A stretch of DNA of 64,000 bases from Dehalococcoidia bacterium (GTDB taxonomy: Bacteria > Chloroflexota > Dehalococcoidia > Lucifugimonadales > UBA3495): the NCBI GenBank assembly GCA_030740155.1, contig JASLXV010000067.1, forward strand, positions 70,144 through 134,143, read 5' to 3'. Positions 63,432 to 64,000 of the stretch are shown one piece after another. Position 1 is the stretch's first letter, and each line of letters opens with the position of its first letter. The notes under the pieces are model-generated. The model ran no database searches, was not told the DNA's origin, and worked only from the letters and a program-made list of their open reading frames with translations. Position numbers and translations under genes: made by a program.

Positions 63432-64000
63432 ATGTTACGAATTCGACTTAGAAGGGTGGGGAAGAAGGGGAATCCGTCATACAGGATCGTGGTCGCCGAG
63501 GCTACCGCGCCTCGCGACGGTGCCTACCTGGAGTGGATTGGCAACTATGACCCAATGGTTGATCCGCCGACTTCTACTATCAAAGAAGACCGGGCTGCCC
63601 AGTGGCTGAGCCGCGGGGCCCAGCCGTCGGACGCGGTGCGGCGTATCCTGGACAAGGCGGGGATTCTGGACCGGATTCCCCAACAGTTGTCCGCCGCTTC
63701 TGCTGCCAAAGCCGGGACGGATTCAGAGGCCGCCAACGGCGCAAGCGCGGCACCGGCCGCCGTGGAGAAAGTGGCCGACGAGCCGCCCGCCGATGAAGCC
63801 CCCGCGGCAGTGGCCGACGAGCCGCCCGCCGAAGAAGCCCCCACTGCAGAGGCTGACGAGCCGCCCGCCGATGAAGCCCCCACCGCAGTGGCCGACGAGC
63901 CGCCCGCCGATGTAGCCCCCGCCGCAGTGGCCGACGAGCCGCCGGCCGATGAAGCCCCCGCCGCAGTGGCCGACGAGCCGCCAGCCGATGAAGCCCCCGC
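63432..64000 (+). CDS. rpsP: 30S ribosomal protein S16 with long acidic C-terminal extension (runs off window; not in ORF track)
   Basis: Manual translation MLRIRLRRVGKKGNPSYRIVVAEATAPRDGAYLEWIGNYDP...WLSRGAQPSDAV. Confidence 0.97.
   Translation, partial: MLRIRLRRVGKKGNPSYRIVVAEATAPRDGAYLEWIGNYDPMVDPPTSTIKEDRAAQWLSRGAQPSDAVRRILDKAGILDRIPQQLSAASAAKAGTDSEAANGASAAPAAVEKVADEPPADEAPAAVADEPPAEEAPTAEADEPPADEAPTAVADEPPADVAPAAVADEPPADEAPAAVADEPPADEAP
63771..64000 (+). repeat. 39-bp tandem repeat (five full units plus a truncated sixth) encoding VADEPPADEAPAA
   Basis: Units start at 63771, 63810, 63849, 63888, 63927, 63966. Confidence 0.95.

Noticed and set aside
63771..64000. Possible CRISPR array
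   Set aside because: Contiguous in-frame 39-bp units with no unique spacers; part of rpsP; no cas genes.

Overview
GC-rich chromosomal window. Gene content (F420-type LLM oxidoreductase, SDR/MFS/VOC/MaoC/ComDE-like paralogs, pan-motif leader, elaborated RNase P RNA) is most consistent with Chloroflexota, probably Dehalococcoidia/SAR202-like; this is inference, no search was run. Housekeeping genes: asnS, gatCA, rnpB, sbcD, panBC, etfBA, htpX, fmt, rpsP. Metal uptake: an Fe(III) ABC system with a DtxR-family regulator and a Zn/Mn ABC system with a Fur/Zur regulator. Intergenic spaces carry many short palindromic MITE/REP-like repeats. Most unusual: (1) a 36.9-44.7 kb locus of three exported proteins built from tandem two-cysteine helical repeats (C-x26-C and C-x30-C; 22 copies in total), each with a different export or anchor signal and each interrupted by a frameshift and/or an amber codon, while the other genes look intact; (2) a stand-alone ~330-nt transcription unit upstream of rpsP with promoter, perfect SD, a 23-codon ORF, interleaved long-range helices and a terminator; (3) a pan operon lacking panD but led by a ThnT-like (N|TT) DmpA-family hydrolase under a pan-motif attenuator; (4) a ComDE-like operon with an extra beta subunit whose TPP motif is degenerate. 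No CRISPR array, tRNA, rRNA, transposase or prophage was seen.
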